The notes under the pieces: generated by a model | Told to the model about the DNA's origin: nothing | The model's input: only the letters and a program-made list of their open reading frames with translations | The model's database searches: none | In this document: piece by piece, positions 13,195-25,627 of the stretch | Layout of the letters: each line of letters opens with the position of its first letter | Numbering within the stretch: position 1 is the first letter of the stretch | Source: Octopus sinensis | Taxonomy: Eukaryota | Assembly (NCBI RefSeq): GCF_006345805.1 | Contig: NC_043018.1 | Location: 17,484,001-17,548,000, forward strand | Length of the DNA: 64,000 nt | Direction of reading: 5' to 3' | Translations under genes and position numbers: made by a program

Positions 13195-14226
13195 ATATTG
13201 GATCTTTTCACTTTGATTTGGCAGATCGAGAAACTAATTGTTTGTAACTAAACACTTTCAAACTCCGTTTACTGGTAGAATCTGACATGTAAATCATCTT
13301 TTACTCTTAGCTTGTTGAGAAAAGTTTCTATTTACGAAAGTTGTCGTATTTCGGTAATTTCAACCAATCAATGGCGTGTATTCAGCTGAATAAAATTACT
13401 GCTGTTGTTTGTCAACAACAACTTCCGGCGATGTGTGTTTTGTTTGTCGCTGTTATTTATGACGTATTTTATCTCAGTTATGTTCGTATGAATAAACGAA
13501 TGTATCAGAAGCACGTTTACTTCATGACACCACCACAATCGTTCGTGCATTTCCGCTGACAGTTGTTGTTGACAAACAACAGTAGTAATTTTATTCAAAT
13601 AAATACACGTCATTGATTGGTTGAAATATGTGAAATACAACTTTAACACGAAATAACTTCGTAAGCAGAAATTTTTCTCAACAACAGTACGAGTAAAATA
13701 TGTTTTATATGATACATTCTACCAGTGTCCGAAGTTTGAAAGTGTTTACTCTATTACTTGTTTCAGTCATTTGACTGCGGCCATGCTGGAGCACCGCCTT
13801 TAATCGAGCAACTCGACCCGGGACTTATTCTTTGTAAGCCCAGTACTTATTCTATCGGTCTCTTTTGCCAAACCGCTAAGTGACGGGGGTATAAACACAC
13901 CAGCATCGGTTGTCAAGCAATACTAGGGGGACAAACACAGACACACAAACACACACACACACACACACACATACACATATATATATATATATATACATAT
14001 ATACGACGGGCTTCTTTCAGTTTCCGTCTACCAAATCCACTCACAAGGCTTCGGTCGGCCCGAGGCTATAGTAGAAGACTCTGGCCCAAGGTGCCACTCA
14101 GTGGGACTGAACCCGGAACCATGTGGTTGGTAAGCAAGCTACTTTCCACAGAGCCACTCCTGCGCCTTGTTTAGTTTCAAAAAATTAATTTATTGATCTG
14201 CTGATGAAAGTGAAAATTTCTATTAT
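13195..14226. mobile_element. MITE with ~230-bp imperfect terminal inverted repeats; right arm interrupted by a SINE
   Basis: 13201-13430 is the reverse complement of 13553-13748 plus 14168-14220, e.g. TTTCAACCAATCAATGGCGTGTATT / AATACACGTCATTGATTGGTTGAAA and AATAAAATTACTGCTGTTGTTTGTCAACAACAACT / AGTTGTTGTTGACAAACAACAGTAGTAATTTTATT. Confidence 0.8.
13749..14166 (-). mobile_element. Full-length SINE family B nested in the MITE
   Basis: Complete reverse-complement copy; possible TSD TGTTTA at 13743-13748 and 14168-14173. Confidence 0.9.
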
Positions 14227-14509
14227 ATTTGCTAGGAAAAAGGCTAAGATATGGAGCGGATCAATGCATTTCTATTTGTAGTTTTGAATAAATATACTGC
14301 GGAGAATTTAATTACGAAATGGAGGAAAGCTGATATAATTGGAAGGAAGCTAATAAATTAGGTTTAAGCGTAGATTTGAAAGATGAACATGTGGAATTAC
14401 GAACAGGAATGATATTAAACAAGTGACGGATTTAGACAGCTGAGACACAGCTAAGATTTAATAATGAAGTTTCAACAACACGTCTTCATCAAAATATAAC
14501 TAATTACAA

Positions 14510-15021
14510 GACAGCGGGCTGGCAGAAACGTTAGCACGCCGTGCGAAGTGCGTAGCCGTATTTCGTCTGCCGCTACGTTCTGAGTTCAAATACCGCCGAG
14601 GTCGACTTTGCCTTTCATCCTTTCGGGATGCATTAAGGCGGCGAGCTGGCAGAATCGTTAGCACGCCGGGCGAAATGCGTAGCCGTATTTCGTCTGCCGC
14701 TACGTTCTGAGTTCAAATACCGCCGAGGTCGACTTTGCCTTTCATCCTTTCGGGGTCGATTAAATAAGTATCAGTTACGAACTGGGGTTGATATAATCGA
14801 CTTAATCCGTTTGTCTGTCCTTGTTTTTCCCCTCTGTGTTTAGCCCCTTGTGGGTAGTAAAGAAATATGTATTTCGTCTGAGTTCAAATTCCACCACGGT
14901 CGACGATCGTTTTCATCATTTCAGAGTCGATAAACTAAGTACTAATTACGTACTGGGGTCGATCTAGTCGACAGGCCCCTTCCCCACAAATGTCGGGCTT
15001 TGTGTCTAGCTGAGAAAAGAA
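14510..15021 (+). mobile_element. Two adjacent SINE family A copies: 3'-truncated (14510-14628) and long form with a second module and terminal tail (14637-15021)
   Basis: Head occurs twice; the second copy continues TATTTCGTCTGAGTTCAAATTCC...GGGGTCGATCTAGTCGAC...TTGTGTCTAGCTGAGAAAAGA. Confidence 0.85.
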
Positions 15022-15154
15022 GTAGGAGGGAAGGAAAACGAAATGCAATATGAATATAAACAAAAAATATATAAAGATTAACGTTCATCTAACATTTGTA
15101 TCGATTACGATCTATGAATGTTATTGAATCTCTGATTAATTTATATTATTTCCA

Positions 15155-15206
15155 ATTTTACTTGTTTCAGTCATTTGCCTGTGGGCCATGTGGGAGCACC
15201 GCCTTA
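15155..15206 (-). mobile_element. SINE family B 3' tail only
   Basis: TTTTACTTGTTTCAGTCATTTG...GGAGCACCGCCTT. Confidence 0.7.
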
Positions 15207-16023
15207 AATATATAATGTTTTAAATATTTTTTTGCGACCTAATTACTTTTTTTTTTTCAAAATCTTCAATGCACGAATTTATAGCCTGATTACCTCCTTC
15301 TGGATGTATTAGATCTTTATTATTCGATTTATGATTCCCATTTGTCCAAATAATTTATTTTCTATTTTCGCGTATCAAATTCTTACCCTTGTCTGTGTAA
15401 TTATTTGTTATTATTCTTCATTTAAATTCTCAATATGACTTCATTAAATCTCGCAGAATTTACAATAATAATAGTATCATTCAATTATACTTGCTACATA
15501 TCTTTTTAACTCACTTTATATTTTCTCTTGCGTTTGAAATTTAACTCATTCCTATATAATTATATTATACTTTCTTTACGCTATATACTCGCCTCATTAA
15601 ATCCCTCCGGATTTCCTATTTCACAATTCTTTTTTTATATTAACTCTCATTAATTATCATTTCTAAGACGCTTCCTATGTGCTACGTGTTTAATTCATAC
15701 GAGGTAACATTAATTTTCTAATATCCATCTCCTACATTTTCGAACTTTCGCTCTTCGTGTCATCTTGAAAATATTTATGTAGACCGCTATGTAAAATTAA
15801 ATCTTTCTTTTATATAATCCTAGTTTATTTGCATTCGCCCCTTTAATAGCCATTCTGCTTTAACAAGAAACCTAGAATACTACTTCGCCTGCTCCTTCGC
15901 ATCACCTCCACGAACAGAAACAATAAACTATTTGATCATTATAGTTTACTTCCCTTAGCATGATTGCTTACTTCCCTTGCCTCGACATATCTGTACAAGC
16001 ATCCAAACGCATATGCATATATA

Positions 16024-16529
16024 TCTATATATATAAAACTCTAGTTGTGTGAGTGTCTGTCCCCTTCGATTTAGATTCCTAACTCCTCCCACATTTTGCG
16101 GTGCAGTTTAACCAAATTCGGGTATCTTATAGTCGTGATTCATATCGAGCCCGTCTGACTATTAGCGCGCGTCAACGATGAGTCTACGATTTTAAAAATA
16201 ATTTAACATCATTTTTTATTCCATTTTAATGCATAAAATGCATCGTATGTCGATGGCGGCGGAGTTGGCGTCCACGCTCACAGCTGCACCTGTTTGCTTC
16301 TCCCCCTTCCCTCCCTCGTGAAGCTGTGGGGAAGGGAGTGTAAAGAAATCAACGTCGTAATGCGTTGTGAAGGAAACCAGCGTTCTTTTAGAACAACGAC
16401 TTCATGGCTTGAAGACACCAAAACAAAAATGGCTAAGAAAGCCCGAATTTATAAGGGAAGTAACTCTCTAAAAATGCTTATATAGTTATTTCCCTTACAA
16501 ACCCGAGCAACGCCGGGCGATACTGCTAG
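16024..16529 (+). mobile_element. Non-autonomous Helitron
   Basis: A|TCTATATATATAAAA ... CCCGAGCAACGCCGGG hairpin ... CTAG|T, i.e. an AT target with no TSD. Confidence 0.85.
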
Positions 16530-16549
16530 TATATATATATATATATATC

Positions 16550-16778
16550 TTTCTTTACTACCCACAAGGGGCTAAACACAGAGAGGACAAACAAGGGCAG
16601 ACATAGGTATTAAGTCGATTACATCGACCCCAGTGCGTAACTGGTACTTAATTTATCGACCCCGAAAGGATGAAAGGCAAAGTCGACCTCGGCGGAATTT
16701 GAACTTAGAACGTAGCGGCAGACGAAATACCGATAAGCATTTCGCTCGGCGTGCTAACGATTCTGCCAGCTCGCCGCC
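16550..16778 (-). mobile_element. SINE family A copy
   Basis: Reverse complement of family A. Confidence 0.9.
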
Positions 16779-17190
16779 TTAATGCATATATATATATCGT
16801 TAGCTCCTACACGCATTTTTGTTCTCCCCTTGTTTCTCTCCTTGTTTTTTTTTTCTGTCTTCTCTTTGGTAAAGTCTATTATGATTTTTTTTCAAGTTTC
16901 AATTAGAAAGATAGATGAGAGCGGAAAGAGTGTTGCTGCTCACCGGTTGATAGATCAGAGATGGATTGTGAACACGAATCTAAAGTGAGAATGGACAGAT
17001 AAGTGAGAGCACATGCTGTAGGTGGTTCAGCTGATCTACGGTTCTCTTTCTTAGATTTAAAACGCTGCTCAACCTCCTCTGTCATTACGTTTCTTGATTT
17101 TTTTTTGTCACTCATAGCATTCCGTATCACTTGTTTGCTCCCGGCATATGTAAGCCAGATCCCTTTGAGGCTTCTATTGCCTGATGTCAC

Positions 17191-17329
17191 ATGATCAACG
17201 TCAACATCATCATCATGATCATCATCATCGTCGTCGTCGTCGTCATCATCATCAACATCATCGTCAGTAGCAGTGGCAGTAGTGGAAGTAGTACTGGTGA
17301 TGCTGGTGGTGGCAGTAGTATTAGTAGTA

Positions 17330-17385
<56 letters not shown>

Positions 17386-17461
17386 CTAGTAGTAGTAGTA
17401 GTAGTAGTAGTAGTACTAGTAGTAGTAGTAGTAGTAGTAGTAGTATAGTAGTAGTAGTAGT
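17191..17461. repeat. Compound (CAT)/(CGT)/(TAG)n trinucleotide repeat
   Basis: Directly visible. Confidence 0.9.
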
Positions 17462-19254
17462 GCAGTAATTTTTGCCTGTTGATAACCGTTAGTCTTCTCA
17501 CTCCGAATATTTTGACATTTTCCCCTGTTATGAAAATAAAAGTGTTATAAAAGAAAAGAAAATTATAACACCCTGTTCTGTAACATTTCAAAAGATTCCT
17601 CCATACAAATTATAAAGCGATTTTCGTTAATTTGGGGGGTAAATTTAACCAGAATCATATTTTGTTCACATTCAACAGCAGACGGAAGTGGCAAAACAAT
17701 GGAAAAGCATCGATATAAGAAAACGAATTCAATTGTAGAATAGGTCGTAAACAATCGCCAAGAATAAAAAAAAAACAGTAATGGAGTTTAAGCCAGATAA
17801 GAGTGACAGTAAATCAAATATTTCCAATGAAACAGCAATAAATAGCGAGAGTAACAGTAAAAATAACAGACACACAGTTTTTTTTTTCCATAGAGAAACA
17901 AATGTAATATTTTGAACATATTCATAAGAGCCTCACTAAATAAATTGACCAACGTATAAATGTATGAGTCACACAAATGAGAAAAATCTTTCACAGAATT
18001 TTGCAAAGAGGTATGACGAGGTTCTCCCAATTCTCTTCATAGGAAGGCAACAACAACGAAGTTTACCCGTATCAACGAAGGTTACCCCTGTCAACTTTGA
18101 CAAACGTGACGCTTGTTTCCTTATGCGCACCGCTCATCCTCTACAGAAATTCATTTAGATGTAGTCCTGGGCTAGTCGTAATAATATCTTCTCTTTCGGT
18201 AGGTGTACGGCTTGGAGGATGTCATGGCTAATTTTTAAATCTGAGGTAAAATAGAAGAATCAATGAGAGGTAGTGTGCTGCACATATTCTCATGCACCAG
18301 AGTCTATGTGCCGATATATATGCATCAACGTAGTTTCAAAATGCTGTTCAAAGGTGTTGACAAAGATTTTGAACTTGAAACCGCCATCATTTTTGTAACC
18401 CTTATACAAGAAATTCTCGAGTAACACTAACAATATGTAGTCGAGGGGTATTTCATTGGACATGTAATTAATAATAATATACGGAGTCTACAGGGATCAT
18501 TTAAGAGTCACAATATATACAGTGGATCAACGAGAAGTTAGTCAACCAGATGTAATCTCTGGTATGGTGAATGAAGTTGTATTGTGGGTAAGTCTGGATA
18601 CAAAGATGTGAAATAGTCTTCTCTTTGGTAAAAGTTATTATGGATTTTTTTCCAAGTTTCAATTAGAAAGATAGGCGAGAGTGGAGAAGATGCTGCTCAC
18701 CGGTAAATTCGTTGTTAGATCAGAGAAGGAATATGAACACGAATTACAATCGTAACGAGCTCTCGAAACACTCGAGAATATATCAGACGTGCACCCATGG
18801 AAAGTGCAGAGACTTATGCTACAAAGCAGAAAGTATAAATGCTAAGTAGGTGTTGTATATCATATTTGAGTAATGTTAAGATTTCTCTAGTTCTGTTTTC
18901 GACAGAACCACTTGGAACGCCATTATAAGTTCCTTACATCAAGAAGACAACCTTCTTTTATCTATTCCATTCCTAATAATTTCTTGAGTAACCAACTTTT
19001 TGTACAGTATAGGCATAAATGTTTTTTTTCAAATGTTTGGCGAGGAGGTTATAAACCTACAATTTACAAGTGTCACCAGTGCTTTGTTTAGTATAATCAG
19101 TTTTGTTTTCCCCCCCAATAATCAGCCAAATGTTGTTTCTCTTGACTATTGCTGCTTCAGTTAGGAATTGAGGAATTTGGCAATTCTTTCTTTAACCAAT
19201 TGATTGCATTGCTAAAGGTGTTGCAGAGTTCTTTGCTGGTTATGGTTCTTGATA

Positions 19255-19357
19255 TTCTTCTTCTTCTTCTTCTTCTTCTTCTTCTTCTTCTTCTTCTTCT
19301 TCTTCTTCTTCTACTACTACTACTACTACTACTACCTCTTCTTCTTCCTCCTCTTCC

Positions 19358-19411
<54 letters not shown>

Positions 19412-19445
19412 TATTATTATTATCATCATTAGTAGTAGTAGTAGC

Positions 19446-19476
<31 letters not shown>

Positions 19477-19614
19477 ATAGTAATAGTAGTTGTAGTATTG
19501 CTGTTATTAGTATTATTATTATTATTATTATTAATGTTGTTATTCTTTTTATTGTTATAATTACTGCTCTTATTGTTCTATTGCTGTTTTCCTTTATCAT
19601 CATCATTATCATCA

Positions 19615-19649
<35 letters not shown>

Positions 19650-19650
19650 T
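19255..19650. repeat. Compound (CTT)n-(CTA)n-(TTA)n-(TAG)n-(TTA)n-(CAT)n-(TAG)n microsatellite
   Basis: Directly visible; source of the 223-aa and 184-aa homopolymeric ORFs. Confidence 0.95.
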
Positions 19651-20319
19651 TTTGCCGGTCCATTTTAGAGACCACTCTAAATCGAAATAGAAGACGAGCT
19701 GTTTTTCCCAAAATAGTGATTGCACGTTCTTTTCTTTTTCTTTCTCCCTTCTTTTTTTTTTTTCAAAAAATTTCTTTGTTCTTTCTTCCTTCATTTCTTT
19801 GTTGTTTCTTCTTCTGTTAGTGGCAGCTGAAGCGTCCATATTTCCGTTGAGAAAAAAGTAAACATCATCCAGCGCGTCCTTTGATGAATACTCTTTCATG
19901 TAAAAGAAGATTCCGTGTCAGTTACATCGAGTGTTTTTTATCAGAGTGTTTTTATAACTTTGCATATGAGATACGGGGGATTTATAGAGACATTATATTT
20001 AGACAACGAAATAGATATAAACATGGCGGTGGACGTGATTGTATCTGCGTAAAGACATAAACCAGGTGGGAGGTGAGATGTGATTTACTTTCACTACCGG
20101 AAATCATCCATCCGGCAGTAATGAAGCTTCGTCGGTTCAAACAAATGAGAAAACTAGCGTGAAAGCATTTTATGTGACAGACATAAAAGCAGAGCATTAA
20201 CATATACGCAAACATACGTAATACATACACACATGTACATACATGCATATGTGTGCATTTGTATGTGGCCGTATGTATGCGCGTAGTTATAGCCTGTCAC
20301 ACATATATATTGTGCAAGC

Positions 20320-20351
<32 letters not shown>

Positions 20352-21039
20352 AGAAGAACGTGTGTTGTGTGTGTGTGTGTTTGTTGTGTGTGTGTGTCAT
20401 AGAGTAAGGAAGCGTAAAACGCTGAATCGATAGACATTTGACTGCAGAGTTAACATATTCTGTTAATTTTTTTTTCCTTGCAGCAAATGATACGGATGTA
20501 TATTTGCCAATATTTACGATAACATCCATGGAGATATATAATCTGAGACTAACATAGCGATTATATCGTTCATTTATTTATATATGTTTACTAATATTTG
20601 TTACCATACAAAACATTGGCACAACTAGGAAATGCTGGATCTTCTTTTTTTTTTGTTTTCTTGTCTCAACAAGAAGAGCATTTAATTCTGCTTGTATTCT
20701 AAAAGAATATCATGCTAAATCTAAGAACAGTGATGCTAATGTCTTTCTCGTTGGCAGTATACATGTGTTTGCTTTTATTGTCCAAAATTTCTTTGGCTTG
20801 GCATCAAATTTGTAACAGAGAAATAAAAATCGATAAAAACCAACACAAGTGTCTTACAGATACTTGTTTAATCGTTGCAGGAACTTTTGTTAAGGCTCCA
20901 GTTGTTTCGCCGCAGGTCAGACGTGGCAAAACAGTCATACGAGAAAACATATTCCAACTGTAATTGTTCCGTTTTTTTTTGGAAGATGTTTGTATGCGCT
21001 CTCTTTTGTTTTTTACTACGGAATATAAATGTTAACTTA

Positions 21040-21300
21040 ACATGTTTCACTCATAGAAAAGCGACCACGCTGGAGCACCACCTAGAAGAATTAAATCAAA
21101 CAAATTGTCCCCAATACTTCTTTTTTAAATCTGGTAGACATTCTATTACTTTGTTTTCTTTCTTTCTTTCTTTTACTTGTTTCAGTCATTTGACTGCGGC
21201 CATGCTGGAGCACCGCCTTTAGTCGAGCAAATCGACCCCGGGACTTATTCTTTGTAAGCCCAGTACTTATTCTATCGGTCTCTTTTTGCCGAACCGCTAG
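21040..21300 (-). mobile_element. SINE family B 3' fragments: young 21155-21300 and old 21040-21150
   Basis: TTACTTGTTTCAGTCATTTGACTGCGGCCATGCTGGAGCACCGCC...; an older CGCTGGAGCACCACC copy lies upstream. Confidence 0.8.
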
Positions 21301-21496
21301 GTTTTGTTAATAAGCTACACTAATGTGATAGAAAGACACAGAAGTATATTGTCAAGCGGTGGCGTATAAAACATGGACACACACACACACAATCACACAC
21401 ACACACACATATCATGTCTATGTATATGTAGATACATTCTCATCCAAATGGAGAAAAGTACCAACAGTTTCTTGCTTTGTTAACCTACAAGTAATA

Positions 21497-21723
21497 GGCA
21501 CAGAATTGGCTGTGGTAAGTAGCTTGCTTTCCAACCACATGGTTTCTGCCGCTATGTTCTGAGTTCAAATTCCACCGAGGTCGACTTTGCCTTTCATCTT
21601 TCGGGGTCGATTAAATAAGCACCACTTACGCACTGAGGTCGATGTGATCGACTTAATCCGTGTGTCTGTCCTTGTTTGTCCTCTTTGTGTTTCGCCCCTT
21701 GTGGGTAGTAAAAGAAATAGGTA
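21497..21723 (+). mobile_element. Chimeric SINE: family B head joined to family A body
   Basis: GGCTGTGGTAAGTAGCTTGCTTTCCAACCACATGGTT (B) is followed directly by TCTGCCGCTATGTTCTGAGTTCAAATTCC...AAAGAAATAGG (A). Confidence 0.8.
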
Positions 21724-23299
21724 TTTGTTTCTAATATGGTTGCTACTTCTATCATGGTGGGCGGGCGATGTGTAGATGTTTAGCCATTGATTGGCATCAA
21801 CCTATATGATATTATAAAGCATGTGTGCGAAGATCTGACGTAGTCACGGTAAGTGGTATCTCGTGACAATGCTGCCCAGCACATGAGTACATCCGTGCGA
21901 AAGTATTAATCCTCTGAGATGTTTTCTGTGTTTGTTTATTCATTTTGTTCTGTTTCAGAAATAGAGCAAACAAGATATCTTACTACTTTCTTTAGGAAAA
22001 TATGTCATCAGAATATACATGTATCTTAATCGATTTTTTTGACATATCGGCACCACCATCACATTCAAAGCGACACACTCATATTAGATATTCTATGTAT
22101 ACAAAATGAATTGTATATGTATATGAAATGAATGTGGAGTCAGGTTATACAATCTTATGATTAAAAATGCTAGTTGAACCAGGAAATAAGTAGGTGTCTA
22201 AAATCGCTTGAGTGATTCGCCTACTTATTGTATCAAATAGATTTGTAGAATACACAATGAGGTTGTCCCTACCTCCGCTTCCGCTTGAAACATTATTGAC
22301 TATATTGTAACGTTTAAGAGTCTTCACCGTAAGGAATCTAACCCCAAAGAGATTATCTCCCCTTTGAAAGGGATTCCTCGCGGATTAAACGGGTAAGGAG
22401 GTTATCACTCGCTAAAAAATAGCAGGTAAATCTCAAAGATAAAGAAGAAATTAGAAGGACATATTAAGAGGTGTATATAGTTTTATAATAGAAATATTTT
22501 CCAATGAAAGCAAAGAAAGGAAAATGACAGCAAATATCCAACGTACTAAATGGAATTACTCCAAGACATCCAGGGTCGTCCAGATATGGAGGTATACGGC
22601 ATTCATTTCAAGGTATAACTGTTCACCCAAGTAATACTTGTGATGATTTTTTTTGTCAATTCTTCTGAAGTTCTTATGATATTTCGTAGGTTTCCACTTT
22701 GAGAAAATGATGTAATTCGAGCGTTATCTCATATCTCATGTCTTAATGTTCCTAAAGAAATATGTATTCTATGAGAACTTTCTTTTAACAAACCTACTCT
22801 CATATCAATACAGTCGTTGCGAATGATACTAAGTGTTCTGAATGTCTGTTCACATTTAGCAAAACCAACTGTTCTGAATGAGGAGAACGAAATTATATCA
22901 GGACTCATTAGTTTAGACGAGGCTGGGTTTGGAGATACATAGAAGATTGTAAACTTGATTTAGCTCTCCGCTGCATCAAAATTTCTGTGTCTGAGAAAAG
23001 CTTCAAAACACGTTCCTTATACATATTTAAACAACAGGAGGATTATACCCTGATGTCTAGCTAATATGAACTATTTCAGCCCTTTAATCTTTTCTATGAT
23101 ATGATACTTAAATCGTCTGTGACATAATCGAAATTAAATATTGCTCATATAGTTTCCATATCAACTAGAAGTGAGAAACTATGATAATCCTTCCTTATCT
23201 TCCTTAACATACCTAAAGATATACGTATGCATACGTACACACATACACACACACGCACACACACATATATACGCGCACACACACACACACACACACACA

Positions 23300-23340
<41 letters not shown>

Positions 23341-23436
23341 CGAGGAAGGATATGTTCGGGTATTTCTCAATTTATTTTGGGCGATATATGTTACGAAGGC
23401 GTCCCGAAGATACCATAGAGAATTTTGCACGCAATT

Positions 23437-23559
<123 letters not shown>

Positions 23560-23947
23560 TGTAAGGGTGTTTGTAAGTCTGTATCAATGTGTAGCAAGAA
23601 TATATTAATAACCCAAAAAACAATCACATTTTCTATTGTGCAAATACAATATCGTGACCGTTTTATAGATTATTTCTCTACTTCCCTACACATTTCCGTC
23701 ACCCTCCTCATCTGTATCTTTCTGTCTCTGTCTCCATCTCTCTCCCTTTCTTTCTCTCTCTCGTTCTTTCTATTTGTCTCTTCACCGCATTTACAAAAGT
23801 ACACTGTACAATGTTCCTATATCTGTGTTTGTATATCGAGATTGTTTCATTATTTCTTCATGTTTTTTTTTCATTTCAATATATATATAAAAAAATACAC
23901 ACGTACACACACAAACACGCACACCCATGCATACGTACAAATATATG

Positions 23948-23983
<36 letters not shown>

Positions 23984-24116
23984 TAATGCTAAGCAAAATC
24001 ATAAACGTGCATATATATATATACATGTTTATATATACATATATATGTATGTGCGTGTCTGTGTGTTTATATATATATATATATATATATATATCTATAT
24101 ATATATATATATACAA

Positions 24117-24151
<35 letters not shown>

Positions 24152-24304
24152 CATATATATATATGTATATATATATATATCTATATATATATATATATAT
24201 ATACATATATACATATATATATATATACACATATAAATATATATACACATATACATATATATATATATGTGTATATATATATATGTGTGTGTTTGTATGT
24301 ATAT

Positions 24305-24337
<33 letters not shown>

Positions 24338-25103
24338 GCATATATATATATATGTGTGTATATATAGATTATAGATGGGTGTCTGTGCGCTTATGTATTT
24401 GTATGTATAGATGTAGATAAAGATATAGATAGACAAACTATATATATGTATATATGTGTGTGTGTGTATAAAGATTGATAGACAATGTGTAATTATGTGT
24501 GTGAGAGTATTACGCGCGTGCAATTGTAGATTTGTTCTGGAATTGATGTATCGTTTGTTAGGAAATATAAAGAAACAATAACTGGGTTACAAAATCTACA
24601 GGAGAAATATTTCAAAATTTCCCGTGTATGTTACCGAGGGCTGTTGAACCAACAGTGTTTATGAGAGGAGGAACCGTATATAACTTTCAGAATCTACAAA
24701 ATCATTCTAATGTACTGGCAGGCGCACACGCTGACATAGTCTCACACTTTATAAATTGAGACGTGTTTTGTTTTATGTCGGACGAATGACGGAGGGTTGT
24801 TTAATGCGTATTGCAGATACGTTTTTAACAAAAATTATGTTGGTCTCATTATTCTAGTTTCATTTGCACTGGAATTTATATGCATGCACACACACACACA
24901 CACACACACACAACACAAACGCACTTATGAATAGGTGAATAAAGGGAAATCCATCTGCTCCTACCCACTTATCAGACCGCATCTGCAGAACTGGATATCA
25001 TTGTTAAAGATGGTGAATTCTCAGGTAATATACCTGAGACAGAAAGCACCTACAAAACTGAACCCTTGAACAGACGATACTGTGAGTATGGGGGTATGGT
25101 TAC

Positions 25104-25230
25104 CTAGTACGTATATTTCTTATTTAGTACTGGGGATGTTTCATTTATAAGGACGTACTCTTGTATTTGTCTGAGTGTTGGGTCCTTTGGGTGCTTGGAT
25201 AAAATGCGGATGTCAAGTTGACCCAGTTGT
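25104..25230 (-). pseudogene. C-terminal fragment of a GIY-YIG endonuclease (Penelope-like element remnant)
   Basis: Translation LDIRILSKHPKDPTLRQIQEYVLINETSPVLNKK fits the ...IL...R..E..I....P.LN end of Penelope GIY-YIG domains. Confidence 0.55.
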
Positions 25231-25313
25231 CTCAATGTTGGTCCTTGGAGTGACAGAAAGAAGTTAGGTAACATTATACGTAATAAAACCAGTGGTATCT
25301 CCTGTCTTCCCCA

Positions 25314-25627
25314 TCTAAAATAAGGACGGAGTACTACAATAGTCTGGGTTTCAAGGGCCCGCAATTGTACAACATCCTGCCTGGCAATCTTAGAGATCTA
25401 GATGATGTTGATGTGGAAATTTTCGAGGAATGTCTGGACAGGTTTCTATACGAAATACCACATGAACTCACGTCACAGCAGGAAACACAAAGAAGAGTAG
25501 CTCCGTGAAACTCGTTACTTCGCCAAAAGCAATACCAGAAACAACACTGAATAACTTTAGGTGGTGCACCAGCATGACATCAGCCCTGGGTTAAAACCAG
25601 TGAAAGAAAAGACAAAAGAAAGATAAA
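25314..25627 (+). mobile_element. 3' end of a CR1-group LINE (ORF2 C-terminus with an in-frame stop, plus 3' tail)
   Basis: 25314-25550 translates SKIRTEYYNSLGFKGPQLYNILPGNLRDLDDVDVEIFEECLDRFLYEIPHELTSQQETQRRVAP*NSLLRQ..., with the N.LP...F...LD.FL..IP pattern of CR1-group ORF2 ends. Tail GGTGGTGCACCAGCATGAC...AAAACCAGTGAAAGAAAAG. Confidence 0.7.

Noticed and set aside
18156-18593. Possible exons: minus-strand LKISHDILQAVHLPKEKILLRLAQDYI* after a pyrimidine-rich CAG, and plus-strand DQREVSQPDVISGMVNEVVLW before GTAAGT
   Set aside because: Splice-like signals only; peptides are unrecognised, lie on opposite strands and have no partner exons.
19149-19820. 223-aa hydrophobic ORF
   Set aside because: Homopolymer runs from a compound microsatellite.
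22500-23100. Complex sequence that might be a decayed coding region
   Set aside because: Short open stretches with no motif I can identify.
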